Part shown: positions 8,982 through 19,141 of the stretch, piece after piece
Layout of the letters: each line of letters begins with the position of its first letter
How positions within the stretch are numbered: position 1 is the first letter of the stretch
Source of the DNA: Planctomycetota bacterium
GTDB lineage: Bacteria; Planctomycetota; SZUA-567; H5-PLA8
NCBI GenBank assembly: GCA_038227875.1
Contig: JBBRPR010000094.1
Span: 1 to 22,692, forward strand
Reading direction: 5' to 3'
DNA length: 22,692 bases
Position numbers and translations under genes: made by a program
The notes under the pieces: model-generated
The model's database searches: none
What the model saw: only the letters and a program-made list of their open reading frames with translations
Told to the model about the DNA's origin: nothing

Positions 8982-9013
8982 CATACCTTTGTGCCTTTGG
9001 GCACAAAGGTATG
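8982..9013. terminator. Perfect 14-bp hairpin, possible terminator or RNA-stability element
   Basis: CATACCTTTGTGCC-TTTG-GGCACAAAGGTATG, about 45 nt past the stop at 9058; no U-tract. Confidence 0.45.
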
Positions 9014-9057
9014 CGACTCAACTGGCCAGCGCGGAATTTACTCGATTGAATTTTGGA

Positions 9058-9915
9058 TTACCCATTCGGTTTCCCGGATTCCCGCAGCGCGCGTTCCAAT
9101 AAAGGTTGCACGCCCAAGGTCACGGACCACTTCGCGAGATACTCTTTATCGAGCGACTCGCCAACCATGCGCAGCACGCCCAGCACATCTTGAAATTGGC
9201 GCATCGCGACTTCCCCGCCCTCGGCATACCACATCAATTTATGGAGAATGATGTCCTCGGGACTGCTCAGCCAGAGCAGCGGACCATTAGCATCCGGAAA
9301 GTGCGCCAGGACGCGCCGCGAGAATTCGACGTGCGAAAAGGCCGTGTCCTTCAGCGCGAAGATGTCGAGCTTCAACATCGTATCGAGATGAATGATGTTG
9401 AAGCTCTTTCGCGCGCGGACGGATTTCTCGATCATCTGCTCATCGGCGTAAAACTGATCTCCGAGACCCTGCACAAATGCTGCAACGTGGTTGGGCTGAA
9501 GATTGGCGACAATATCCGCATCAAGCGTTGAACGCGGTACACCATGCACGGAACTGGCCAGCGAGCAGCCGATTTCATACGCGACCCCGAGACCCTCCAG
9601 CACGTTCACCACTTGAATTGTGACCTGATAGATTTCCTGAGACATGGGATTTCTTTCGCGAGTTAGCCCCAGTTTCCTCTGCCGGAACGCAACGAATCGT
9701 TCCGCCAGATCCTTGCCATAGATTTCAGTCAGGAATCGCGTGTCGCGCTGTTCGGTTGTCTCCTGTGGATAGTAGCGGTCGACCGCATGACGCGACGCCT
9801 TCCAAACCATGTCACTGAGCTGCGCTGCCAGTTGCAGCCGCCGCGCAGGACCTGCTTTGCGCAGCAGATCGATCTGCATCTGTTCCATTTCCGGCGACGT
9901 GTCGCGCGAAATCAT
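9058..9915 (-). CDS. Small helical protein (aa 1-90) fused in frame to a pol-beta-superfamily nucleotidyltransferase domain (second Met at 9645); TA-like module
   Basis: ATG 9915 overlaps the upstream stop (ATGA); NTase motif IGCSLASSVHGVPRSTLDADIV; C-terminal SPEDIILHKL…DV. Confidence 0.7.
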   Translation of the reverse strand: MISRDTSPEMEQMQIDLLRKAGPARRLQLAAQLSDMVWKASRHAVDRYYPQETTEQRDTRFLTEIYGKDLAERFVAFRQRKLGLTRERNPMSQEIYQVTIQVVNVLEGLGVAYEIGCSLASSVHGVPRSTLDADIVANLQPNHVAAFVQGLGDQFYADEQMIEKSVRARKSFNIIHLDTMLKLDIFALKDTAFSHVEFSRRVLAHFPDANGPLLWLSSPEDIILHKLMWYAEGGEVAMRQFQDVLGVLRMVGESLDKEYLAKWSVTLGVQPLLERALRESGKPNG

Positions 9916-10610
9916 GGCGCTCTCCGGAACGCGAGCACGTTGGCGACCTTGTCTTCGTCCCAGTCGAGATTCGATTTCATCCAGCCTTCGAAGAAGCGAT
10001 ACAAGCGCGGCAGTCCGGCAATCGTGGCGACGCCCTGAACTGCATCGTAGACGCCGCCCTTTTTGCGGCCGCGCGTCCCGATGTCCTCGCCCGGTTTCTT
10101 CGCGACGATCAGCTTGAACAGGTCTTCCACCTCGGCGAGTTTTTCGGGATGGCCGAGCGCCTCCGCGAGGATCGCGCATTCCGTCCGCGAAAGCTGCGCC
10201 GGTTCGTTCTGCCCGAGGCAGCGGCCCCAGTTGAAGAAGCCCGGCCCGTTGGAGTATTCGTAGATCGTCCGTTCGCCGCGCAGAATGCGCAGCGTCAAAT
10301 CGACCTGCTCCTGCAGATTGACCTGAAACACCAGCGACCCGGGAAGTCCACGCGCGATCGCGTCGGCCAGCGCGCCGTGACTGAACTGCGTGTCGTAAAC
10401 CACGCGCCAGTTGTTCACCGGCTCGCCGATCGCCACACAACGTTCGCCCTCGATGTGCCACTCCATCAGCATGTCGAGCAGCACGTCGTCGATGGACGCC
10501 AGCCGCGTGAAGCCGCGCTCCGTGGCACCCGCGGCGATCAGTGTTTCTAGCTCCGCCAGATCCGGAGCCGGCGAGATGCCGATGGCGTCGAGGTCCACTC
10601 CGCGGCTCAT
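9912..10610 (-). CDS. Hypothetical protein, translationally coupled to uvrC
   Basis: 232-aa ORF with host-like codons and ATGA overlaps at both ends. Confidence 0.8.
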   Translation of the reverse strand: MSRGVDLDAIGISPAPDLAELETLIAAGATERGFTRLASIDDVLLDMLMEWHIEGERCVAIGEPVNNWRVVYDTQFSHGALADAIARGLPGSLVFQVNLQEQVDLTLRILRGERTIYEYSNGPGFFNWGRCLGQNEPAQLSRTECAILAEALGHPEKLAEVEDLFKLIVAKKPGEDIGTRGRKKGGVYDAVQGVATIAGLPRLYRFFEGWMKSNLDWDEDKVANVLAFRRAP

Positions 10611-11968
10611 TCGTCCATGACCCTCTTGCGCCGTAATATGTGATGGTAGTGGCGCGCGAAGCGGTGGGCTTCGTCGCGCACGTATTGCAGCATCCGCAAT
10701 CCCGGCGAGCGGCGCGGCAGGCGCAGACCGTCAGGATGGTCCAAAGTGTAGATTATCTCTTCCTTCTTTGCCAGAGAGGCCAGACAGGGCATCGCCCGCT
10801 TCGGCAGCGGCGCGGCATCGGGCTGAATTTTTGCCTGCTCATTGTCCGGCAGAAAAATGAGTTTGAGCGAATCGAGCGCCGCGTGCAACTGGCCGATGCC
10901 GCCGTCGATCAGGATCAGGTCCGGCAGCGTCGAGCCTTCGCGGACCAGTCGCCCGTAGCGGCGCGCCACGATTTCGCGGATGCTGGCGAAGTCGTCGACG
11001 CCCTGCACGGTCTTGATTTTGAAGCGCCGGTACTGTTCGCGCGTCGGCAACCCGTCGAGAAAGCTGACCAGCGAGCCGACCGTCTCTCCGCCATGCAGAT
11101 GGGCGATGTCGATGCCCTCGATATGGCGCGGCGGCTGCGCGAGTTTCAAGCTCTCCTGCAACTGCGCCACGCCGTCTTTGGGATCAATGTGGAGCACGCC
11201 CGGTTCGAGGCCGTCGTCGAGCGAACCGCGATCGCGCAGGCTGCGCAGTGCCTTGAGCGTATCGCGCATCGCCGCGGCATCTTCGTAGCGCCGGTCTTTT
11301 GCGGCGAGTTTCATTTCGCGTTCGAGTTCCTTCGCGACTTCGCCGGACTTACCTTGCAGAAACAGCCCCAGGCGGCGCATGTCGGCCTTGTAATCGTCGA
11401 CGGTCTGGCGGTTGGCGCACGGCGCTTTGCAGCGGCCGATGTGGTACTCCAGGCACGGCCGGTAAAAATTATTCTTCGGGTCGCCGGGTTTGATGTCCAG
11501 ATTGCAGGTGCGGTACTTGAAGACACGCTGCAATACGCGCAGCGCTTCGCGCAGCCAACTGGCGCTGACGAATGGGCCGTAATACTTGCTGCTCTTGTTG
11601 GTCCGGTCGCGCGTGACCATCACGCGCGGAAATTCTTCCGCCGTGATTTCAACGACGGGGTAGCTCACATCGCTCTTCAAGCGCATGTTGAACTTCGGCT
11701 GCAGATCCTTGATCAGCCGGTTTTCGAGCAGGTACGCTTCGACTTCGGAATCGCATTCCACAAAGTCGATCGCGCGGATGCGCGCGACGAGGTCGGCGGT
11801 CTTGAGATCGAACGGCCGCTTGTCGTCGAAGTACTGCCGCACGCGCTTGCGCAGTGAGAGCGCCTTCCCGACATAAATCTCGCGCCCCTTTTCATCCTTG
11901 TAGATGTAGACACCCGGCGCATCGGGCAGCGCGTCGAATTGGGTTTGGAGTGATTCGGGAATCGGCAT
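10607..11968 (-). CDS. uvrC: Excinuclease ABC subunit C (short form without C-terminal HhH)
   Basis: GIY-YIG (PGVY…IYVGKA), Cys cluster, UVR motif (YEDAAAMRD), RNase H-like domain (DIAH, DDF, IDGG, RDEAHRFA). Confidence 0.93.
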   Translation of the reverse strand: MPIPESLQTQFDALPDAPGVYIYKDEKGREIYVGKALSLRKRVRQYFDDKRPFDLKTADLVARIRAIDFVECDSEVEAYLLENRLIKDLQPKFNMRLKSDVSYPVVEITAEEFPRVMVTRDRTNKSSKYYGPFVSASWLREALRVLQRVFKYRTCNLDIKPGDPKNNFYRPCLEYHIGRCKAPCANRQTVDDYKADMRRLGLFLQGKSGEVAKELEREMKLAAKDRRYEDAAAMRDTLKALRSLRDRGSLDDGLEPGVLHIDPKDGVAQLQESLKLAQPPRHIEGIDIAHLHGGETVGSLVSFLDGLPTREQYRRFKIKTVQGVDDFASIREIVARRYGRLVREGSTLPDLILIDGGIGQLHAALDSLKLIFLPDNEQAKIQPDAAPLPKRAMPCLASLAKKEEIIYTLDHPDGLRLPRRSPGLRMLQYVRDEAHRFARHYHHILRRKRVMDE

Positions 11969-11985
11969 GGCTTCGAAACGCAGAG

Positions 11986-12050
11986 TTATGAATGATGAGT
12001 GATGAATGTCCGCTACTACTATGAATTATGATCGATGGATGCGGAATGAA
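11986..12050. repeat. Degenerate heptamer array (TGATGAA-like)
   Basis: TTATGAA TGATGAG TGATGAA … TATGAA TTATGAT CGATGGA TGCGGAA TGAA. Confidence 0.7.
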
Positions 12051-12083
12051 CAGCGGTTAATTGGCGATCGGCTTGTTTGCATA

Positions 12084-12764
12084 TTACTTCCCAATCTTCG
12101 CCACTACCACGATCTCGCAATACCGCCTCACCCACCCCAGCGTACGCAGCGCAAAAGCATAGGCGCCGATGCCGAACATTTTGTAGAGCGGCAGGAACAA
12201 TCGACGGCCGTTGCGCCAGTTCAGGCGCGCGGCGACGACGGTGTAGCCGCAATCCGCCAGCAGGTTGGCGATGGTCTGGCGGTTCCAACTGTATAAATGG
12301 TGGTCGATGTCTCCCGGGTCTGGCGCGGCGAAGGGCGGCTCGGACGGCAGCGCGATAATCAGTTGACCGGACGATTTCAGCAGCGGCTGCACCTCCAGTA
12401 GCATCGCGCGCGGATCTTGAACGTGTTCGAGCACATGGCGGATCAGGATGCAATCGAAGCGCTGGCCGGTTGGCAGATCGGCGAGCTTGGCAAACGCGCG
12501 CAGGCCGTGGCGGGCACATTCTTCTCGCGCGGCGGCGGAGGGTTCAACGGCGTAGACATCGGCGTGCTCCTTGATGCTCAGCAGATTCGTGCCGAGCCCG
12601 GCGCCCACTTCCAACAGAGCCGCGCCTTTGGGTAGATCGTGAAAGTAGACGCGGTGGATGAACGCGGACCACGCAGCGGTCAGCGTGGGGCTTTCGAGAA
12701 ACTCCTTGTGGCGTTCGCGGTGGTAGGCGTCGCCGTCGGCGCTGGAATAATCCATGAGCGCCAT
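12084..12764 (-). CDS. Class I SAM-dependent methyltransferase
   Basis: LLEVGAGLG motif I, VEPS motif II, FD…HVLEHV.DP. Confidence 0.9.
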   Translation of the reverse strand: MALMDYSSADGDAYHRERHKEFLESPTLTAAWSAFIHRVYFHDLPKGAALLEVGAGLGTNLLSIKEHADVYAVEPSAAAREECARHGLRAFAKLADLPTGQRFDCILIRHVLEHVQDPRAMLLEVQPLLKSSGQLIIALPSEPPFAAPDPGDIDHHLYSWNRQTIANLLADCGYTVVAARLNWRNGRRLFLPLYKMFGIGAYAFALRTLGWVRRYCEIVVVAKIGK

Positions 12765-12773
12765 GCGGCCGGG

Positions 12774-13940
<1,167 letters not shown>

Positions 13941-14083
13941 TCTAGGAAGGCCTCAAGGATGTCAGCCTGTGTAACCGAGTTCGCCTGCTGGTGCCACAAC
14001 GCCCCCACCATGAGCGCCACGACGTGGAACCTGCAAAGGCATTAGATCACAGTATCGGCCGCATTCAACTAGCGGGCCACATT

Positions 14084-15256
14084 TTAACGCATGCGAAGAA
14101 AGCGGGCAAGCCGACCAAAAAGTGAGCTTGCGGGCGCTGGGTCCTTTTGAACAGACTGCACGGGTTTGAGATCGGTGCGCACGCGCTCGAGATCGAGGAC
14201 CAATTCCGCGGCGTTGGCGTAGCGGTCATCGGGCCGTTTGGCCAGCAGGCGCGCGATGATCACCGCCGAGGCGGCGCTGGTGTTCGGCACCTTCGTGCGC
14301 GGATCGGGCGCAGCCTCGTCGACGTGCTTGAGCAGAATTTCATTGTTGCTGGGCGCGTCAAAGGGGACGGAGCCGGTGAGCATGTGGTAGAGCATCGCGC
14401 CGAGTCCGTAGAGATCGGCGCGGTGGTCGACGTGACGCGTGGCGGAAATTTGTTCGGGCGAGATGTAATGCGGTGTGCCCACTGCCACGCCGGAGCGCGT
14501 GAGTTCATCGGTGTCCTGAAGCAGTTTGGCCAGGCCGAAGTCGGTGAGTTTGACGCGGCCATCTTCGGCGATGAGCACATTGTCGGGCTTCACGTCGCGG
14601 TGGATGATGCCCTGGGCGTGGGCATGGCCAAGAGCGCTAGCGACATCGCGGGCGATGGTAAGCGCCTGAACTTCGTCCAGGCGGCGGTTGACGCGGAGCA
14701 GGTGGCCGAGGCTTTCGCCGGCGACGAATTCCATCATCAGGTACGGCCGCCACGACAGGCGCCCGGAGCCGAAGCTCTGGACAATGTTGGGATGGGTCAG
14801 CGCGCTGACGGCTTTCGCTTCGCGTTCGAAGCGCGCAATGAATTCCGCATCGTTGAGCCACTTCTGCGCCAGGATTTTCAGCGCGACGACGCGGTCCTGT
14901 TTCAGGTCGCGAGCCTGGTAGACGGTACCCATGCCGCCACGGCCCAGCACTCTCAAAATATCGAACGGTCCCACGCGGCCGGTCACCGGCCCGTCGTCGC
15001 CGGTGCGCTCGCGGCGGCGTTGTTGCTCCAGCAGGATCTTTTGAATCGTGCGGACTTCGAAGACACCTTGCTCAACGAGCACTTCGCCCAGTCGGATGCG
15101 GCGGCTGCGCGTGCGGCTGTGTGCTTGAATACCGAGGGCATGCGTGATCTGTTCGGCCGTCGCGACGCCGAGACTCTGCGCGATCTCGCCGAAGAGCGTG
15201 CTGCGGGACAGGGAATTGCGCGTCTCGTTCGGTGAGATATCCGACGTCGTGCTCAG
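14084..15256 (-). CDS. Cytoplasmic Hanks-type Ser/Thr kinase with N-terminal tandem MshEN-like motifs; probable CTG start
   Basis: GRGGMG, VALK, HRDVKPDN, DFG, GTPHYISPEQ. Frame stays open upstream of GTG 15082 and resembles the neighbour's N-terminus; CTG at 15256 follows GGAGGT. Confidence 0.88.
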   Translation of the reverse strand: MSTTSDISPNETRNSLSRSTLFGEIAQSLGVATAEQITHALGIQAHSRTRSRRIRLGEVLVEQGVFEVRTIQKILLEQQRRRERTGDDGPVTGRVGPFDILRVLGRGGMGTVYQARDLKQDRVVALKILAQKWLNDAEFIARFEREAKAVSALTHPNIVQSFGSGRLSWRPYLMMEFVAGESLGHLLRVNRRLDEVQALTIARDVASALGHAHAQGIIHRDVKPDNVLIAEDGRVKLTDFGLAKLLQDTDELTRSGVAVGTPHYISPEQISATRHVDHRADLYGLGAMLYHMLTGSVPFDAPSNNEILLKHVDEAAPDPRTKVPNTSAASAVIIARLLAKRPDDRYANAAELVLDLERVRTDLKPVQSVQKDPAPASSLFGRLARFLRMR

Positions 15257-15261
15257 CGCAC

Positions 15262-15267
15262 ACCTCC
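15262..15267 (-). promoter_or_regulatory. Shine-Dalgarno GGAGGT, 5 nt upstream of CTG 15256
   Basis: Minus strand reads GGAGGT GTGCG CTG AGC ACG. Confidence 0.7.
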
Positions 15268-15367
15268 GGCCCCGGCCTTCGAATGGAACGATGAAGCTAC
15301 AGTGATGTTAGTAAGACGTTGTCGCAGGGCAATGGGCTGATTGAAAACAATATATTTCGGGCAGACT

Positions 15368-16645
15368 CTACTTCTTAGTCAGGTCCGGAGTGACCGCGAC
15401 GGCGCGGGTCGAGACGCCTTCCGGACCGGTGCGGCGGATATAAACCGTCAGCGTCTCGCCGGCTTTCTTGCCCGCGAGAATGTCGGTGAAGTCCAGCGAT
15501 GGCGCGCGGCTGTCGATGCGGACGATCACGTCGCCGGCCAGCAGTCCGGCTTTATCCGACGGGCCGTTCTTTTCCGTGTTGATGATGCGCAGCCCTTCGC
15601 TGACCTGTTCCAGGCGGGCGCCAATCGCGGCGACGTAGCTGGGACCGGGGGAGAGCTGCATGCGCGGCAGCTTCAATTTCAGCGCGACCTGCTTGCCGTT
15701 GCGTTCGATGCTCAGCGGGAGCAGCGCGTTTTCGGGGTAACTGCGGACGATGCCGATCAGCCGCGCGTAGTTATAGACGCGTTTGCCGTCGGCGCTGCTG
15801 ATCCGGTCGCCGGGCTGGAAGCCATCGCGTTCGGCATCGCTACCGGGCTCGACACTTTGCACCGTCGCCGACTGCGTTTCGTCCAGGCGGCTGGAGAAAA
15901 CCAGGCCGTCGGGGAGCGTGCCGTGGTAGACCACGCCGCCGTCGGCTTCTTTCATCAGTGGATAGAAGCGGGCGATCTGATCGACGGGGATGGCGTAGCC
16001 GATGCCCGTGTTGGCCTTCGCGCCGAAGCGGGACATGATCTGGCCGGTGATGCCGATCAGTTTTCCGTCGAGCGAGACCAGGGGGCCGCCGGAGTTTCCG
16101 GGATTGACGGCCGAGTCGGTCTGGATCGCGTCGGAGTAGTTGCCTTGAAAACGGTGGAGCGCGCTGACGGTGCCCAGCGAGACCGAGGGCGGGCCGTCCA
16201 GGTCGGCGAGCTTGAAGGGATCGCCGACGGCCAGCACCTGCTGCCCGATCTTGACGGTGGTGATGTCGCCAAATTCCACGAACGGGAGGTCCTTGCCGTC
16301 GCGCACCTTTAAGAGGGCCAGATCGCCGACCGGGTCCGTGCCGATCAGGTCGCACATGCTCAGCGCGCCGGTACCCTGGATGCGCACTGCCCACTGCTTG
16401 CGGTCTCCGGCGACGTGGTGATTGGTGAGAATATAACCGTCGGCGCTGACCAGAATTCCCGAGCCGCCGCCGATGAAGACGAAGGCCGCGTTGGTTTTCT
16501 CGATGGTGCGGGTGAGTTCGTCTTCGGCCTTGTGCGCGGTGGCGATCAAGGCGGCTTCACTGTCGCCTGCGGCGAAGAGCGGCGAGAACGCTCCGCACAG
16601 TACGAGGAGGAGACACGCGGCGGAGATGCGGATGCAATGGCTCAT
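15368..16645 (-). CDS. HtrA/DegP-like (S1C) serine protease with two PDZ domains, secreted
   Basis: Signal peptide; intact triad in LTNHHV, GDLAL, GNSGG; two PDZ-like segments (GFQPGDRI, GLLAGDVI). Confidence 0.92.
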   Translation of the reverse strand: MSHCIRISAACLLLVLCGAFSPLFAAGDSEAALIATAHKAEDELTRTIEKTNAAFVFIGGGSGILVSADGYILTNHHVAGDRKQWAVRIQGTGALSMCDLIGTDPVGDLALLKVRDGKDLPFVEFGDITTVKIGQQVLAVGDPFKLADLDGPPSVSLGTVSALHRFQGNYSDAIQTDSAVNPGNSGGPLVSLDGKLIGITGQIMSRFGAKANTGIGYAIPVDQIARFYPLMKEADGGVVYHGTLPDGLVFSSRLDETQSATVQSVEPGSDAERDGFQPGDRISSADGKRVYNYARLIGIVRSYPENALLPLSIERNGKQVALKLKLPRMQLSPGPSYVAAIGARLEQVSEGLRIINTEKNGPSDKAGLLAGDVIVRIDSRAPSLDFTDILAGKKAGETLTVYIRRTGPEGVSTRAVAVTPDLTKK

Positions 16646-18432
16646 CGGACGTCCTTCCGCGTGGTCAGGATCGTCTGCGTGCGGGTGGTGACGCTGCCGC
16701 GCTGGTAGGTGATTTCAATGTTGTCGCCGGCTTTGTGAGCTTTGAGCACGCGGACCAGCGCGGGCCAGGAATGGGTGTCCATGCCGTCGACGGCGATGAT
16801 CACGTCGCCGGGCAGCAGGCGCGCGTTGGCGGCGGCCGATGAGGGGATCACTTCTTCCAACTTCACGCCGCGGACTTCCGTGGCGCTCTCGACGGGCGAG
16901 ACGCCGAGGAAGGGGCGCGAGGGCGCCTTGATGTCGCGGCCGGCTTTCAGATCGGTGAGACTCTGGATGATGCGGTCCGACGAGGTGAAGAAGCCGACGC
17001 CGGAATTCTCGCTCCAGTCGAAATGCGGGCGGACCTGCGAGGCGATGCCGACCAGGCGGCCGTCGAGATCCACGACCGGACCGCCGGAGTTTCCGTAATT
17101 GGTCAGCGCATCGGTCTGGACGGCGGTGCCGTCGAGGCGGCCGAGCGCACTGACGATGCCGGAGGTGTGCGTGGGAGGGCCGTCTTCGCTGTAGCCGAGG
17201 ACGGCGATGAAGCGGCCGATCTTCAGATCCGGCTCGCCAGCCAGCGGGATCGCGGGGAGCAGCAGACCCTGCGGATGCGTGACGCGCAGCACGGCAATGT
17301 CGAGCCCCAGGTTGCGTCCCAGCAGCGTGGCGGGCATTGTGGTCCCGTCGCTGAGCTGGACTTCGATGTTGGAGATATCGCCTTCGACGTTGAAGGCGCT
17401 GGTCAGCACGTAGCCGTCGGAATCGATGATCACGCCGGTGACCGGAGCGTCGGGACGCTGACGCAGGCGGGAGACCAGCGAACCTTTGTGCTCCATCACG
17501 GCCTGCGAGAAGTTGCGGTGCACGACCACCTTCACCGTCGCGATCATGGCGGGGCGGGAGGCCGCGATCAGTGCTTCGGGGATCGCGCGGGCAGCGCTGC
17601 TGTCGTCAATCGAACCGAAGCGGGCCGGCGTTTTCGGATCGACCAGCGGCACGGTCTTCATCACCGCCAGCGAGTTCTTGATCAGGTGAGCAGGGATGGC
17701 CGTGCCCAGCCAGCGCGATTCGCAGAAGCAGAGGCTCAGCACACCCAGCAGGCGGCCGTTGCCGTCGATCAGCGAGCCGCCGTCGGAGCCGGGATTGACG
17801 GCCGCGTCGGTTTCCAGCACCAGCCCGTTGTAGTGGCTCTGTTCGTCGGCGCTGGCGATCTTGTAGATACCGGAGATCGTCCCGACGCTCCACGCCACCT
17901 GGCCGTCGCGGCTGATGGTGTGAAAGGGATTGCCGGCGGTGTAGGCCAGTTCGCCGACATGAACTTTCGAGGAGTCGCAGAGCTCCACATAAGGGAGCGG
18001 CGCTTTTTCTTCGGGCGCTCGGATGATCTGAAGTGCACAGGTCTCGGTCACGTTGTCGGTCTCGACGACTTTGGCGTCCATCACGCGGCCATCGGTGAAG
18101 AGGACCTGGACGAGTTGCGTATTCGGCGGCACCACGGTGCAGGAGGTCAGCACGAGGCCGTTGGGGGTAATCACCACGCCGGTGCCGTAGAATCCACCGC
18201 TGGCTTTCTGGCCGCGGCACTGAACGGCGACGACCGCGGGTGAAACCTGTTCATGAACCGATTCGTAGCGGCCTTGAATCTGATTGAGCGTGCTCAGTTC
18301 ATCGATCGGAGCCAGGGCGGGCGGAGTGGCGGGTGCGGCGGGCGTTTGGGCGCGGAGCGAGCCGTGAAGAACGGAGCCGGCGAGAACCATCACCGTGAAC
18401 AGTCTGAGGCCGGCGCATTGAGGATCGTTCAT
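16642..18432 (-). CDS. Secreted protein with two tandem trypsin-like (S1C) domains plus PDZ; both triads incomplete (pseudoprotease)
   Basis: Domain 1: LTSCTV / ETCAL / NPGSDGG. Domain 2: LTSAFNV / LDIAV / GNSGG. Start set at ATG 18432 (GGAG 8 nt upstream); ATG 18447 is an alternative. Confidence 0.85.
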   Translation of the reverse strand: MNDPQCAGLRLFTVMVLAGSVLHGSLRAQTPAAPATPPALAPIDELSTLNQIQGRYESVHEQVSPAVVAVQCRGQKASGGFYGTGVVITPNGLVLTSCTVVPPNTQLVQVLFTDGRVMDAKVVETDNVTETCALQIIRAPEEKAPLPYVELCDSSKVHVGELAYTAGNPFHTISRDGQVAWSVGTISGIYKIASADEQSHYNGLVLETDAAVNPGSDGGSLIDGNGRLLGVLSLCFCESRWLGTAIPAHLIKNSLAVMKTVPLVDPKTPARFGSIDDSSAARAIPEALIAASRPAMIATVKVVVHRNFSQAVMEHKGSLVSRLRQRPDAPVTGVIIDSDGYVLTSAFNVEGDISNIEVQLSDGTTMPATLLGRNLGLDIAVLRVTHPQGLLLPAIPLAGEPDLKIGRFIAVLGYSEDGPPTHTSGIVSALGRLDGTAVQTDALTNYGNSGGPVVDLDGRLVGIASQVRPHFDWSENSGVGFFTSSDRIIQSLTDLKAGRDIKAPSRPFLGVSPVESATEVRGVKLEEVIPSSAAANARLLPGDVIIAVDGMDTHSWPALVRVLKAHKAGDNIEITYQRGSVTTRTQTILTTRKDVR

Positions 18433-18533
18433 CGAGTGGACTCCCATTCCCTGATCCCCTGCGCACTTGAAATTTATAGTGAACCGACGGACTGAAACGC
18501 GAGCTGAAAGCATGACGGGTACGCGCGAAAGCT

Positions 18534-18812
18534 CTATTTTAGCTTTTCCAGTATGTCTGTGAACTCTTTGGGCGAAACCTCCTCAAGGTGACGTCCGCGC
18601 TTCTTGAGCTCTTCATTTAATTTGATCGCCGTTTCCTGCATGACTTCGTGAGTATCCTTCGATCCGCCCACGAGTTGAAAGTTGGGACCTTTGGTCACGC
18701 GGGTGTGGCCGTCCTGGCCGTCGAGCCCCAAGCCCAGCAGCATGGCCTTGCCGCCCTTCTTGGCTTTCTTGGGTGGGGACTTCTTTTTCTTGTGATCAGG
18801 ATGCAGATCCAC
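18534..18812 (-). CDS. Small hypothetical protein (basic N-terminus, LLGLGLD..DGH.R.T.G.NF.L.GGS…HE motif)
   Basis: 92-aa ORF with host-like codons; GTG start with AAGG upstream. Confidence 0.75.
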   Translation of the reverse strand: MDLHPDHKKKKSPPKKAKKGGKAMLLGLGLDGQDGHTRVTKGPNFQLVGGSKDTHEVMQETAIKLNEELKKRGRHLEEVSPKEFTDILEKLK

Positions 18813-19141
18813 GTTCGTGCCTTTCCGAGAGCATGTCGCATTATTTTCTCAGTTTGCGACAGTTGAACCGACTGAAAATCATTCATGCAATTTTTAAGCT
18901 CAATCACAGCGATTGGTAGCTATTTTTTCCGGGTCGGTGAAATTGATTTTGGGGTTTCGGGTATGCCGGATTTATGCAGCGGCGATGCGTCAAAATGTGA
19001 CGGAATGTTACAGCGAGGGCGGTCGGGTTCATAGATGCACGTGTCGCATGAGGCGGGTGCTGGCGTCGGCTCGGTTGGGGGCGTTGGGCGTGTGCATGGG
19101 GGCCGCTCCTTGAAGTTGCGCGGTGGCGAGGTCGGGGATTA

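Noticed and set aside
9916..10461. N-terminal extension of the 467-aa ORF
   Set aside because: Overlaps the 9912-10610 gene in another frame and is Arg/Gly-rich noise; the ATGA-coupled start at 9915 is better
15072..15263. 63-aa ORF suggesting a frameshifted kinase
   Set aside because: The kinase frame is continuous through this region, so no frameshift is needed
18996..19012. TGTGAC-N5-GTTACA palindrome resembling a CRP/FNR-type site
   Set aside because: Spacing does not fit TGTGA-N6-TCACA; single imperfect instance
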